A stretch of 64,000 nucleotides of DNA, from the NCBI GenBank assembly GCA_016748015.1, contig JAAOMT010000586.1:789483-853482 (forward strand), written 5' to 3'. Shown here piece after piece: positions 11,266-26,143 of the stretch (positions are counted from its first letter, which is position 1; every line of letters starts with the position of its first letter). The notes under the pieces are model-generated. The model was given only the letters and a program-made list of their open reading frames with translations. It was not told the DNA's origin and made no database searches. Made by a program: the position numbers and the translations under genes. This DNA comes from Geosiphon pyriformis uo1. Its lineage: Eukaryota > Fungi > Glomeromycota.

Positions 11266-12465
11266 ATGGCCAGAATGTTTGTTTACATAGAGTTATTAGC
11301 CATTGGTTCAGGAGTAACTGTTTGTGTAGATGAGTTTGATTTGCTTAATAAAAGGTCAAAAACAGAGGCAGTTTGGTAGCTTTCTTCTTTTGTTTCAAAA
11401 GGAGTTTTAGTTGCTTGATGGGCAGCAATCCAAATGTGGATTTGATGATGGAATTAGAGAGCTGTTGTTCAAAGATTGTGGAGTATAAAAGTTGATTGAT
11501 GCTGTTGTTTCTTTCTTCAAAATTGTCTTCAAAATAAGCTTGATCAAAGTAATAAGTTGTATAGGCTGTGTAAGTTTCAGCTAAATGCTTATTTAGGAAC
11601 TAGTTTTAAAAATCTTGGAATTGTCTATTGGATTGATTTTCAATAGGAAAGCAAATCAAGTAGTAGGGCAAAGGATTAAGTTCAATAAAGTCTAAATCAT
11701 TTTTGTTGTGTGCTTTAAAGTGTTCTTCTGATTGTTGTGGCAGGTATGAATAATCACCCATACAATAGAAAACAAAATAGAATTTGACAACCTCACAGAG
11801 AGCACCACTTTTATGTTATGGGTTGGAGTAACAAGCTAATGGATAGCAAGGAAGAACAGAATTGTAGGGTAATGGAAATAATCAAAAGAAATTCAACTTT
11901 AAAGAGCGAATTGAATAAGTATGGATTCAATGTGTAAGATCAGTCTTATAAAATATCTCAGTCACTATTCTTTTCAAAAGGTAACTGGAGAATCTGAAGG
12001 TAGAGAGATAGTTTGTACTGTCAACAAATAATCACACTTGATATAATTCTATGTCTCATGTCAGCACTCTTAGAATTCAATATCAAGTATCAGATGTGCT
12101 CTTCAGTCACATTTTATTCAATAATTTTCAAATGCTACACTTATACATTTCAGAAAAAGAGTAAAAATTAACCAATAAGTAATCTTTTATTCCAAGATAT
12201 TTGGATACTTGAAGGTAGAGAAAGAGAAATTAGCAATAAGAGAATAATTGAGATAAAAGTTGTTATTTTATTTATTTTTGATTACTTTGAACAGGCTTTT
12301 CTATAACTAAGAGATTCATCATTTATATAGCTGTCAAAAGTAGTCAATAATCAGGTCAATGACTAGGTCAATAATTACTATCTAAAAATAGTGTGGCTAA
12401 TTTATATGACATCAGTGGCTAATACATGTGATAATTAATAAGAAGTATAAGTTTCAACTATAACA
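11266..12465 (-). mobile_element. Gypsy element B' (family B): 5' LTR 11814-12465, PBS 11791-11807 and gag start, interrupted by element A
   Basis: Reverse-complement homolog of 21209-22430; PBS TGGTGCTCTCTGTGAGG; flanked by ATAT at 12466-12469. Confidence 0.9.
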
Positions 12466-14855
12466 ATATATTATATTAGAAAAACAAAAAGGATCCAGAT
12501 TAACTACTTAGAGTAATTACAAAACCAGAGAAAGAAACAATATTATACAACATGCACTTAAATTTGACAGTAGAACATTTTTATAAAGAAGCAACCATGG
12601 AAAAAACCAAAAAAAAATATTATTGGCCATTAATATATTTAGATATTATTCAATACGTTCAAAATTGTAATGCTTGTCAAAAAAAAAAAAGAACAAGATT
12701 CAGTAAACCATTAAGACCAATCAAAGTGAAAAAATCATTTGATAGAATTGGAATTGACTTAGTCGGATCACTAATAATAACCAGCAGAGACAATTATTAT
12801 ATAATAGTAGCCATAGATTATCTTACAAAATAGCCAAAAACAAATGCAATTCAAAAAGCAGATGCAGAATCTGTAGCCAAATTTGTTCATTAAGATTTGA
12901 TTTGCCAACATAAATGTCTAAAAAAATTGTTATCAGATTAAGAAACTTACTTTGTAAACAGAACATTAACAGAATTAAGCCAAAAATCTGGAATTAAAAG
13001 ACCATTATCATCATCATATTATTCACAAACAAATGGTTTAGTGAAAAAATTCAACAAAACATTGTGTGAAGTAATTGCCAAAATCAGTTAAAAAAACCAA
13101 GACAAATGGGAATTGTTTATATCATTAGTACTATTTGCTTATTGAACAATGAAGCAAGATACCACATAAGCAACACTATTTGAACTTGTTTATAATAGAA
13201 CAGCAATATTACCAGTAAAGATAAACATTAACACATATCCAACAGAACCAATAACAGAAGCCAACTTACAAAGAACATTGTTGAGAAAAACATATAAATT
13301 AATAGAAACTTTGGAAAACAAAAAACAAAGAACAGCTAATAATATTTAAAGAACACAGAAAATTGAAAACCAATATAAACAAGATAATAGTAAAAGTAAA
13401 GTTGTTAATAGAAACATTAGAAACAGTTATATTATATTAAGAAGTAACCAAAGAAACTTAGAATTAGTAGTTATAATAATTTTCAAGAAACTTTTGTTAT
13501 TATTACTTGAAACAAAACCTGAATATTTAAAACTTATACATAAATAAAACAAAACAATTATTCAATACAACAATACTACAACAACTTGAACAATTTGTGG
13601 GAAAGAACAATCTGTTTATACAAGCACAAGCCATATATTAGCTACATGCAGAATTTTAAGATTGACCAACAATACTACTTAATTCAGTGATGAATACAGT
13701 TATTATCAACCAATTAGAAAAAATGACCAATGTCTAATTTGAAGAATTACAGATCAAAATAACTTAAGTAATTCTTGAAAAAAAAGTTCAAAAGTTAATC
13801 AAAGAGAGAAAGTTAGGAAATATAAAAGATCTTAATGGAGCTCAATATTAAAAGAAAGAAATAATATTACTTATAGAATATAGGAATTATATATTAGTAT
13901 ATAAATTAGCCAATCAGAATAAGACATAGTAAAAAATGAAATTCTAAGATTCTTCTTAGAAAAATTGCAGGATTCTAAAATTACAGGATTCCAGTATAAA
14001 AAATTGCAAAATTCCAGAATTCCAGAATTTCAGAATTTCTCTTGAGGAATTACAAGATTTCAGAAATTCCAGAATTCTTAGCTAGAGAATTAAAAAATTC
14101 AAAAAATTTTATATAACAAAATTTATGTATATATAACAGTAGTATTAAAAGCAAAAAAAGCAGAATTCTCTAGCTAGAATCTTTAGATTAAAACCTCCAG
14201 TTTTAATTCTCATTCATCTTTTTATACAATAGTATTCTATGACTTGAAGTGAAAATATATTAATAAAATATTTATTAAAAATTACAATTCATCTTTTTAC
14301 TATTTACAATTCATGTTGATAGCTGTTGATACTTAACTACATTAGACCAATAACTCTTGATCACAGCTATTAATAAGATACTAACTCTTTTTTGCCTTGG
14401 CTTATTTCTTTATTTTCTTTTATTATTTTTTTTATTTTTTTATTTCTTTTCTTGTCTTTTGTTTTATTGTAGATTTACTAATTGATTAAAAGATTAATAC
14501 ATGAAGTACTGACATCAGAATATAACACTAATAAAAGATCCAGAAATAAAAATGAATACTCAAAATTGAAAATAGCTTACTAGAAGATTACCAACCATTA
14601 AGCTGAGAAAAAAATTGATGGAATATAGATATTCCAAGAAGTGATGGACAACAAAGCATACCAACTTGAGAGTTGAGAAGAAACTAGAAACATCACCAAA
14701 GAATATTACTATTGAATCTTAGTTTATTATACAAAAAACTTCACCAAAACCTTCAGATTATCAAAATCTTCAGATATTACCAACTATATCAGCTATTAAA
14801 CACCAAGTTACAGGTTTGTTATTTGTTTCCAGACTCCAAATAATTATCTGTAATA
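12466..14855 (+). mobile_element. Gypsy element F (family C/E): 3' part with integrase, ORF3 remnant, PPT and 3' LTR 13865-14855
   Basis: ORF 12552..12833 is integrase (IGIDLVGSL, DYLTK); homologous to ~35370-37300 with an internal deletion near 13360; LTR homologous to 44080-45120. Confidence 0.85.
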
Positions 14856-17800
14856 CCAAAAAACTTTATATTACCAAAAAACCCAATACAACAGCTTAAA
14901 CAAATTTTTATCAGTGTAAATTTTCTTAATTACTTAGCAAAAAACCAAAATAATTAGTCTGAATACTTAGGTAACAAGAAAAACATTTCTGAATTTACCA
15001 AAAAAGAAACTGTTAAAAACAAAAATCCAGAAGAAATGGCAATTGTGTATATTAAAAAAATTTTAAAATTTACAAAAAAAAATGCTAATACTAGCCTTCA
15101 GAAATAGTTGAACAAAGTTTTAAAAGCAAAAAATATTAACAAATAGAATACTATAAGAATACTCAAAGTTATTTTTTACTTCCTTTAAGAAACTACAGGT
15201 AAATAATTTGTAAACTTCAACACATCTTTTAAAAATTAATAAGCATTAAAAATGCTTTCTTAGAACAGTTTATTAACAACAATACTTCTATTACTTTCTG
15301 AATCAATTCCAAAATATTAAGCAAAAACTTTTTAAATCTGTTATAACTTATTTTAGAAAGTTTAACAAACTTTTTAGATGTATTTACCAATTAGAAACCT
15401 ATAATTATTACTCTAATGCTCAAATTTTGGATTAATTTATTGCTGGTTTAAAAGACAAATTCATCAAAAAAGTTTGTTTACATTGTTATTTATAGAATAT
15501 AAAAAGTATATTAGCAGATAAATTAGCCAATCAGAAATAGCCATAGTAAATGTAGAATTTTAAGATTTCTCTTAAATGAATTACAGAATTTCAGATATTT
15601 TAGAATTCTCATACAAAAAATTGCAGGATTCCAGAATTCCAGAATTCTTTTCAAAGAAATTGCAAGATTCCAGGAATTCCAGAATTCCTGATGTGAAAAA
15701 TTGAAAAATTAAGAAATCTCAATTATGTATATATAGTAGTAACATTAGAAGTAGAAAAGACAGATTTTTTAGTTTAGATTTTATTTAAGCAATCTTCTAC
15801 TTTACAAATATCAATAAATAATTATTTGTTATTTCAATCCACTTTTCACTATCAATACTTCATGTTGATAGTAACTAATACTTAATCACACTAGAACAAT
15901 AACTTTTGATTATGGCTATTAATAAAATACTAACTTAATTGTCTTGGCTTATTTCTTTATTTTTTTTTCTTTTTATTTTTTTTATTTGTTATTTCTTGTT
16001 TGTTTTATTAATTGATTAAGAATTAAAAAGAACTAAGTTACAGACATCATAAAGACTGGTAAAAGACTCATGAAACAAGGGTAGAGAACTTATAAATTTG
16101 AAAATAACTTACTAGGAAGATTACTGGCCACCACACTAAGAAAAAAATTTGACAGAATTGCAATTCTGGAAGGCTATTGAAACCATTATTGAATCTCTGT
16201 CTGTTATACAAAAGACTCTACCAAAACCTTCAGATTATGAAAATCTTTAGAAACCAACATTATTATATCAATTAAGCACCAAGTTACAGATTTGTTATTT
16301 GTTTTAAAACCCTGAATAATTATCTGTAACAACATGTTTCAGCAAATTTAGTTATAATTATTTAATATACTAAGACCTATAAAATGGCTATAAAAAAACC
16401 AACTACACAAAACTTGTCAACTTAGCCATCAAAAAAACAAGTTTAGCAATAAAAAAAATTGATCAACTTATCAAGAAAGTTGAAAACTATTTTACAAATT
16501 AATAACTATAATAACAAAAATATTAATTAGTACAATAATAAAACCAAACCAATTTTTTATCATCATCAAACAATTAATCTTAAAACTGTTATTATTGTAA
16601 AATTTCAAAACATTAGAAATAAAATTGCCAAAAAATGCAATAAAACCAACAGCAAAAAAATAATCAACATTATTTTCAATTCTAATAGTCATATTATTAA
16701 CTACTACTAGCATATTACTTATCAAGATTTTAATATTAAAGCAACTATTATTAATCTGGTCTACAACTAATTCAATAACAGTATTAACAATTACTGTCTA
16801 TTTAACAATACTAAGTATCTGTTTAAAGATTAGTTTAATAAAATCAATTTATATCTCAAAATTAATTCTTAAATAACAACAAAATTAATTTTAATTAGTT
16901 TCTTAAAATACAGTTCAACAGAGACTTAATTATTTCCACATTTAATTTAATTATTTAACAATACCCAAAAAACAGAATTTTTAAAACATTATACTTTTTA
17001 AAGATAAGATTGTAGCAACAAGACAAAACTCTTTCAATAACAATTACATAAATATATCAGCAAAAATGCTAATTTCTTTAATATCTTCTCTTTTGAATTC
17101 AAAACAAATAAATTACTATTCTTATTTAGTAATACAGCTATTATAAAATAAAAAGCAATTACTACTATATACACTAAAGCAGAAGTTAAAAAAAACCCAA
17201 TTTAATTAATCTTAAATAGTAGATTTGCTAAAAGCATTATTACTTATTAATTAATACAACAACTTAAGTAAAACATTAATAGATCTGCTTAAACAGTTAT
17301 TATTAAAACAAATAATATGAAAAAAACTTCAGTTAGAGAAATTAACAATTTCTTTTTTCTAATTAATAGAATTACTATTTCAATTAAAATTTTAATCATA
17401 GATGTATTTTAATATCAAGCTCTAGTCAAAAATAATTGGCTTTTTAAAGCCAATGCAAATTTACATTGGAAAACCCAAGAACTTAAAATCTTATATTAAA
17501 GACAATACACCTAAGTATTTGCTATTTGTAAGATTTTCAATAAACAATTTAAAAAAAATTCAGTATTTAAATTTGAAAAAAAAAAACCAATCATTAAGAC
17601 TTATATGGCTCTTAAATTAATATTTAGTTAAACTGAAAAAACAGAACAGCTATTTAAAAAACTTATATTATAACCAATACTATTATGGCTTAAAAAAACC
17701 AGCCAACAATTTATTTTTATAATTGTACTAGTTAGCAATTGATATGTCCCATACTCAAAACCAAAACCAAGAAAACAACTATCTTATATTTTACTTAAAT

Positions 17801-18150
17801 ACAAAGATTACAATAAGAAGCTTTTATTTATGAAAGCTTGCATATTGTTTAAAGAAAAATATAAAACTTGCATTTGCTATTACTGTAAGATTTGCTACAA
17901 AGAATAATTTAACAGTTTAAAATAAAGTAAAAAATAGGATAATATATTTTGTCTTATATGTAAAAAATTATTGCTTAAAAAATACAATTGGATTAATGTT
18001 GCAATGAAAAAAAAGTATGTAATTAAACTTGCTAATATGCTTTATTAATTTCTAAAAAAGTTAAATAAAAAACATTTTTTAATACAATATACAATAGTGT
18101 ACTTAACAAACTCTACTATTATTTATATAATATTAAAATAATTTATGATT
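14856..18150 (+). mobile_element. Heavily decayed Gypsy element G (family A): gag, protease, Cys-rich region
   Basis: Colinear with the reverse complement of ~7240-9650, including KVC.H.SA.L, a protease remnant ~17200 and CYYCKIC ~17875. Confidence 0.8.
15484..16331 (+). repeat. Solo LTR (family C/E) with 4-bp TSD ACAT
   Basis: TGTTA...GTAACA; ACAT at 15480-15483 and 16332-16335; removing it restores the gag frame of G (KVCLHVSANL). Confidence 0.9.
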
Positions 18151-21100
18151 TTGTCATTATTATTTGCATAGAAAAACCAATTCAAAAAATATTGAAAAAA
18201 ACATGATTAAAAATGTAATAACTTAAAAAAACATAATAACATAAAATAATACAAAATAATATATTATAATTCAAGATAACATAAGATAATACACAATAAT
18301 ATAAAATAACACAGAATAATTAACTATAATATAAAATAACTAGTTATAATGTAAAAAATAAAACAATAACAGAAATAGCAAACAATAGCTAGCAATAATA
18401 AACAATTAAAAACAGTCTTATAAAACTAGAAATATGTATAAAAACAAGTAGTTTTAACAGCAAAAAAAACAGAAAAAGACAAACAAATAAAAAAATATAT
18501 TTTTTTTACTTATATCTGTTAGATTTATTTTACCTATATATTTATATTATTTCAAATAAAGAAAATATTCAAAACCCAAACTTATTTATACATGATTCAC
18601 AAATTTTGTGTTTAAACTAAACTAAGCATTTTTTTATTTTTATTTTTTTTTCTCTTTTTTTTATTTTTATTTTTTTTTTCTCTTTTGTGGAGTAGCAATA
18701 TTGTAAAATTAACTGTTTAAAAATAGATTTTGTAATAGTCTGGTAAAAAAAAAAGCTCTTTCTAAGATTAAATATTAATATTATTTTGTTAACTTATCAG
18801 AAAAGCAAAAAAACACTATCAGACCTTAATAACTGTACTTAACTAGTTCAAAAAAATAGCTTATATACTTAAGCTGCAAACAGTCAAAACATTTTTTTGT
18901 GTTTTATAATCAAAGAACTCTATAAATAAAATTAGAAAAAAATCTTCAAAAATTAATACTATCAACTTATCTAAAATATCTGAATAGAAATTTTTAAGCT
19001 TTCTTAATCCAAATTTAGAGCACTAAACATTATTACAATATTTTATCAAGTTTATTCATAATATTTGGTGCTTTCTGTGAGATTATAAAATCTACCAAGA
19101 CAGAACATTCCAAAAATTCACAAAAATAGCAATTATTAAGACTATAGAAAAAGATCACTTATTGTATGGAAAAATATTATTTCAATACTTTAAAGAAAAC
19201 TTAAAAAACTACTAGAAACTGTTACTGCAAAAAGTAATTTTTGTCACTATATACATATTAAGATTAACTATTTATTAGATTAAACAACAGACACAGGAAA
19301 ACTTGAAGAACAAATTTATTAAAAATTATTAACATATTTAACTTCAATTATTACATAGACAATAGTTAAGACCTTTCTAATAATTGATCAAAAAATCCAG
19401 AAATATATTAGCAAACAGTACTTTTAAGTAAAAAAAAGACAACTATTGAGACCTAATTCCAAAAAATCTGAATCTAAAGACAAAAATACACCAGTTACAC
19501 AAAAAAGTATTTAACTCATAATTAACAAAAAATCAAGACTTTTTTTGCCAACAACCTTCTTATATTATCAGACCTTAAAAAATAGAATTCTACTTAATCA
19601 ATTTACCAAAACACAATTAAAAACTCCAAGAACTTTCAGAACTCTGTACTTTTGGGATTATAATCAAAATTTTTAGACCAAATTTCTGAAAAAATACATA
19701 TTATTGTTTGAAAATCTTATTTCAACAGTCAGTAAACTTGGCAAAAGCACTTTTTTTTAGGCATAATTATTATTATTACCTTTCAACAAATCAACCATTA
19801 TATTCTCAAACAGAACAGTTATTTTACAACCTATGAGCTATACTAACAAAAAAAAACAACCAGTCATAAATACAACAAAGCAACCAGACTTATTTTCATT
19901 AATATTTTTTTTATTAACAATTAAACCAACTTTTATCACTCAGATTATAACTTACAGAGACATTGTCAAATTAGAAAAATTCTTTAATAAAAAAAAATAC
20001 ATATATTTAAATTGCAAAAGCCAAAAAAACAATTAAAGCCAATAATTAAAACAAGACCAAAACAATTCAAGCTCTATTGTTTTTTTAACAGAAATTGCAA
20101 ATTCATAGTATTAAAGTTTTAAAGAAAAACCAATCAACTTTGCTGCTTTTAAATTCACTTTTTTACAATATTTCTGTGATTTCAATATGTTTATTAGGCT
20201 ACAAAATCAGTTTAGTGTAATAAAACAAAAAAATTACAATGCAGTAATCACTTATTTTAGGCAATTTAATCAAATTTTTTGCCAAATTTAAATCATTAAA
20301 AGAGATTGCTATACTTTTAAACAAATTCTTAACCAATTTATCAAAGAATTAAAAAGTAATATCTTATAATTTGTAAAACTATGCTATCTAAATAACTTAT
20401 AAAAACCTGTAATACTTGTTTGTAACTTTGAATCAACAGAGCAAGAAGCCAATTATATCCAAACTGTTAACTTAGCCATAAACAGAACATCAAATATTGA
20501 TGCCAAATTTACCTAATTAAATAAAAAATTAATTCAGAAAATTGAAGAATTTTTAACAAAAAACTCTGAGATATATTAACTGTCATAATATAAAAATGAC
20601 TCCAGTAATTATTAACAATAGCAAAATTAACAATAACAACAACAACAACAACTTTGAAGATCAGATCTTTATAATTGTTACTATTGTCAAAAACTTAAAT
20701 ATATTATAAGGAATTGCAGAAAAAAACTAGTTGATTAGAATTGAAAAAGTCAATACTAACCACAACCAAAATATTTTCAAGTCATAAAATTTTAATATTT
20801 TTTGTTGTAATATTCACAATTACAGTACTTATCTTAATAATCTCTAACTTATTATCAGTCTTTATAAACAACAGTACAAACAACATCTTAGTACCAAGTT
20901 TTAATATATAATAATTCTAAATCCTAAGCTATTAATTATAATTAAGAATAATAAAACATTAATGAAAATCTGACACAACCTATTAATAAGCTATTCAGAT
21001 TAGTAAATCATAATAATATACAAACCTGAACAGCACAGACAAAATATTCAAACCAGACTTCATATTTTGGTCTTATAAAAACTTTGAATTTTGGTAATAC

Positions 21101-24100
21101 TACATCTTTGAAAAAAAAAAATGTAGTCACAATTACTAATCTTTTTTCTCAAAACACCAATCAAATCTTTAAAACAATTCTTACTACCACAATCACTGAA
21201 AATAATATTGTTATGGTTAAGACCTATACCTCTTATTAATTATCACATGTATTAGCCACTAATATTATATGATTAGTCACATTATTTTTAGAAAGTGATC
21301 ATTAACCTGATCAATAATCTGACCGTTGACCTGATTATTGACCATTTTTGATAGCTATATAAGCAATGAATCTCTTAGCTATAAAAAAGCATGTAATAAC
21401 AAGCATCTGAATAATCAAGAATAAATAAAATAACAACTTTCATCTCAATCTTTCTCTTATTACTAATTTCCCTTTCCCTACCTTCAAATATCTAAACATC
21501 TTAAAGATAAAAGATTACTTATTGGCCTTTTTCTAACATATATAATTATAGCATTTGAAGATTATTTGAATAAACATGACTGAAAAGCACAAGTTGATAC
21601 TTGATATTGAATTCTAAGAGCACCGACATGAGGCATAGAATTATACCAGTAGTAATTAATTGTTAACAGTATGGACTATCCCTCTACCTTCAGATTTCCC
21701 AGTTACCTTTGAAAAAAATAGCGACTAAGATATTTTATGAGACTGATCTTACATATTGAATTCATACTCATTCAATTTGCTCTTTAAAGTTAAATTCCCT
21801 TTTAATTATTTCTATCACCCTACAATCCTGTTCTCCCTTGCTATTCATTAGCTTGTTACTCCAACCTGTAACATAAAAGTAGTGCTCTCTGTAAGGTTGT
21901 TAAAATCCACTTTGTTTCCTATTGTATGGGTAATTATTTATACTTGCCACAACAATCAGAAGAACACTTTAAAGCACACAACAAAAATGATCTAGACTTT
22001 ATTGAACTCAATTCTTTGCCCTCCTGCTTGATTTGCTTTCTCATTGAAAAAAAATCTAGCAGACAATTCCAAGACTTTTGAAACTGGTTCTTGAACAAGC
22101 ATTCAGCTGAAACCTATACAGCTTATACAATCTATTACTTTGACCAAGCTTATTTTGAAGATGACTTTGAAGAAAGAAACAACAGTATCAATCAGCTTTT
22201 ATATTCTGCAACCTTTGAACAACAGCCCCCTGATTTTGAATATCTGAATTATCAAATCTACATTTGGATTGCTGCTCATTAATTAACAGAAACTCCTCTT
22301 GAAACAGAAGAAGAAAGCTATTAAACCACTCCTGTTTTTGATCTCTTCTCAAGTAAATCAGACCATTCCATACAAACAGTTACTTCAGAACCAATGACTG
22401 TTGACTCCATACAAGCAAACATTTTGGCCGCCCTCCAAGATATACAAACTGCTCTAGGGCAAAAAAACAACACTCTATTACCATTATTTAGAAGCGATAC
22501 ACAAGATCCAATTAAATGATTAGATGACTTTGAGAGAGCTGCCACAGCCAACCAATATAATAATAAATACAAGTTCCAAATTGTTGGTAACTACCTCCAA
22601 GACTCTCTTGCTACCTGGTTCTCACAAAAAACAGATGTCAATGCTCATTACCAAATAATCAGATGAACACCAACCAACACTGAAAAAGAAAATACCTCTT
22701 TCACTACCCGGTTTGAGACCAAGTTCAGAATCCCAATATTAATATCCAAATGGCACATAGAATTGGAAAAAAGAATCCAAGGCCTTGGAAAAGTAGTAAC
22801 TGAATATGCCAAAGCTATCAGAAAGCTAATTAAACAGGTAGACTTTGGAAGGAATTGGATGGAAGAACAAAAGATTCATTCCTTTACAAAAAGATTGAAA
22901 ACTAATCTGTTGTATGCTCTTTGGCCCTTCCTGGCTCTTAAAGATAATCCCACAATAAATATGGCCATTGAACTTGCCCAACAAATTGAAGACAACCAGC
23001 GAATACATTTGGAATCCACACTCCCAGTTTTTGCTCCTGCTTCTGTTATAACTTCTGCTCCACAAATGGCTGTTACCTCTTTTGCTACTCATACCCAAGA
23101 CCCCAATGAACAATTAATAGACAGACTCACAGTAAATCTTGTCTGGTTACTAGAACTCTTAGCCCAAGCAGTCAGAGAAAATCAACAGCCCCAAAGATCC
23201 AGATTTGAACTATGCTTTAATCAGCCCCAACAGCCTCCTTATCAAAGACAACAAAATTGTGGTCCATCTGTATGCTATTGCTGTAGATTAACTGGACACT
23301 TTTTAAGAGATTGCAACAATCCTTCACTGTCTCCACCAGTTCTTAGAAACAATGATACCCAGAACAATAGACCCAACAACAATAATAATATCCCCAATTA
23401 AAGACCTAACTATGCCAACATCAATTTCTTTGGAGAAGATCCCCTAATTGAAGCCACTATTTATCAGTCTTTAAACTGGTAGGTGCATCTCCAAAGGGTA
23501 AGAGTGCAAGCCAACCAGAAGAAAACCCCTTTTATTTTTTAACTTAATTGATGATAATCATGACATGGATAAACTAGCTATCAACCCCTCAGACTCAACA
23601 AGAAAGAAGAAGAAAGCCAAGGTTAATTTCATTTTGGATTCTAATAAAGCTTTTACATCAATTGCTGATAACAATGAACCACCAAAAGCCAAGATTTTCA
23701 AGAACTCTCCAAAGTTAGAACTCTCAGAAATAGTACAAAAATCTGGCCCCTATTTTGTTGTTAAAGACTTCATGGAAACTCCAGCACACATAACCTTTGG
23801 CCAATTAATGACCCATCCACAATTCAGAAAAGATCTTCACAAATCTCTGATTCCAAAGAAGAAAACACCAAAAATCAACAAGTGCCCTCGCCAAGCTGGA
23901 CTTGCTGACAACAGCAATGTTATCTCTCTCATTTGCAAAGCCCAAGTGGCTGGCTACTTCATTGACTTGATCCTAGACAGTAGATCATCTGTTAGTGTTA
24001 TTGCCAAACACTTCTTTGAAGCAATTGGCAGAAAAATTGATGAATCATTAACACAACCAATGACTAATATATATAGTGACAAGAAGAAAGGTCTTGGCAT

Positions 24101-24784
24101 AGCCAAAGCTATTCCTGTCTGCATTAATGGCATCAGCATTGAAACTGACATGAAAGTATCTGAAGCTAAAAAATATATCATTATTGTTGGCAATAAATGG
24201 TTCAAGAAAGCAAAAGTCTTACTCAACTATGAACTCTGTGAGCTAACCATCAGATGTGGCGAGAAACCTATTGTGGTTAAGTGTTGACATTGGACAACTC
24301 CCCCAGTACCCAAGCAAAGCCCAGAAGAAAGACAATCAGATGAATCAGATGATGAAGAGAGTGAAAAACAAAGAAGAACAAGAAGAAGACACTGAACTTG
24401 CCTACACCATCTTCACCAACAATGGCAAGTCTCTGAATAATATTAAAGCAGATAAAAAAGGAATCATTGTCAATAGTAAGCTGATCTGCTGGCTCTATTA
24501 TAACATGCTCAGAAGAACCTTTGACAGAAAGCCAGGCAAGAAAGCCAAATACAGTTATTGGTGGCATGGCCCTTGTGTCCAGTACTGGTGTGACAAACCA
24601 TTGTATTCTCTCAATAATGAATACATGTTCTGCCTAATCTATTACAAAGATTGGGAACCAATCAGCTTGATACCCTGTGAAGAAATAAAAGAAGTCCAAA
24701 AGTTCTTTGAGAATAAACCACCTGAAATCCAATTACTGGTTGTAGAAAAAAGAGAACCCTCCCTAGAAGAAAGAAAGATAGACA

Positions 24785-26143
24785 TTGAAAACCTGCTGCC
24801 CAGTTATCTCAAAAGAAGATGAACCTCCTGGATGTACACATGTGATACAACACATCATTATTACCAGAGAAACTTGTTTTATCCATTTGAAGCCCTATCA
24901 ATTAAATCAACACAATAATAAGTTTATCAAAAAGGAAATAACCCGAATGAAAAACCTTAGATTCATACAAGAAACCAAGAGTAAATGGGCATTTCCAGTT
25001 GTAGTGGTATTCAAGAAAAGAGGAACCCTATGCTTTTGTGTTAATTATTGCCAATTAAATATTATCACTGAAAGAGACATGTACTCACTTTTCAAGATTG
25101 ATGCAATGCTAGACCAATTCCATAGTGCTGCTTTCTTCTCAACCATTGACTTAACTGCTGGATTCTGGCAAGTAGAGATAGATCTAGAAAGCAGAAAGAA
25201 AACTGCCTTCATTACTAAGTATGGCACCTACAAATTCACAGTCATGCCTTTTGGTCTTACAAATACTCCTTTCACTTTTCAATGCTTAATGGACAAAGTA
25301 TTTGAATCAGTAAAAAAAAACTTTGTTCTAGTCTATTTGGACGACATAATGGTATACTCAAAAACCTGGGATAAACATCTTAAACACTTGCAAAAGGTTT
25401 TTGATCTCCTTAGAAATGCTGGTCTTAAGATCAACCCAATCAAATCTTTCTTTGGACATCAATCCATCCAGTTCCTTGGCCATCTTATTACAAAAGATAG
25501 AATCTTTCCTAATCCAGCCAAAATAGAAAAAATCCAGAACATTAAACAGCCAATGAATGTTCATGAACTGCACTCTTTCCTTGGATTGGCCTCTTATTAT
25601 TGCAAATTTGTCAAAGACTTCTCTAAAATTACCACTCCTCTTAATTAGCTACTCAGGAAAAATGTCAATTATCATTGGGGCACTTATCAACAAAAAGCTT
25701 TTGAAATTCTAAAAGAAAAACTGATTACAGAACCCATCTTTATGCAACTTGATTTGGATCAACCTTTTATTCTCCACACTAATGCATCTGGCTATGGACT
25801 TGGCACTGTCCTCTCTCAGAAAGATGAAGATGGCAGAGAACATATCATAGCATATGCTAATAGAACTCTCACACCAACAAAACAGAATTACTCAATTACT
25901 GAACAAGAATGCTTAGCAGTAGTTTGGGCTACTAGCTACTGGGATAAATATCTTAAAAGTGTGAAATTTTTGGTGGTAACAGATTACCAAGCTTTGGTTT
26001 GGCTATGCAACAAAAGAAACTTGAAACATAAATGGATAACTCACTGGATACTCCACTTGGATGAATTCGACTATAACATTCAACACCACAAAGGAGCTAA
26101 TCATCAAAATGCCAACACTCTCTCCAGACTTATCATCCAGTAA
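24785..26143 (+). pseudogene. Reverse transcriptase and RNase H of element B
   Basis: FSTIDLTAGFWQV, VMPFGLTN, VYLDDIMVYS, FLGH, LHTNASGYGLG, EQECLAVVWA. Confidence 0.95.

Noticed and set aside
11791-11807. tRNA gene fragments ending in CCA
   Set aside because: These are primer-binding sites read on the opposite strand; no cloverleaf is present.
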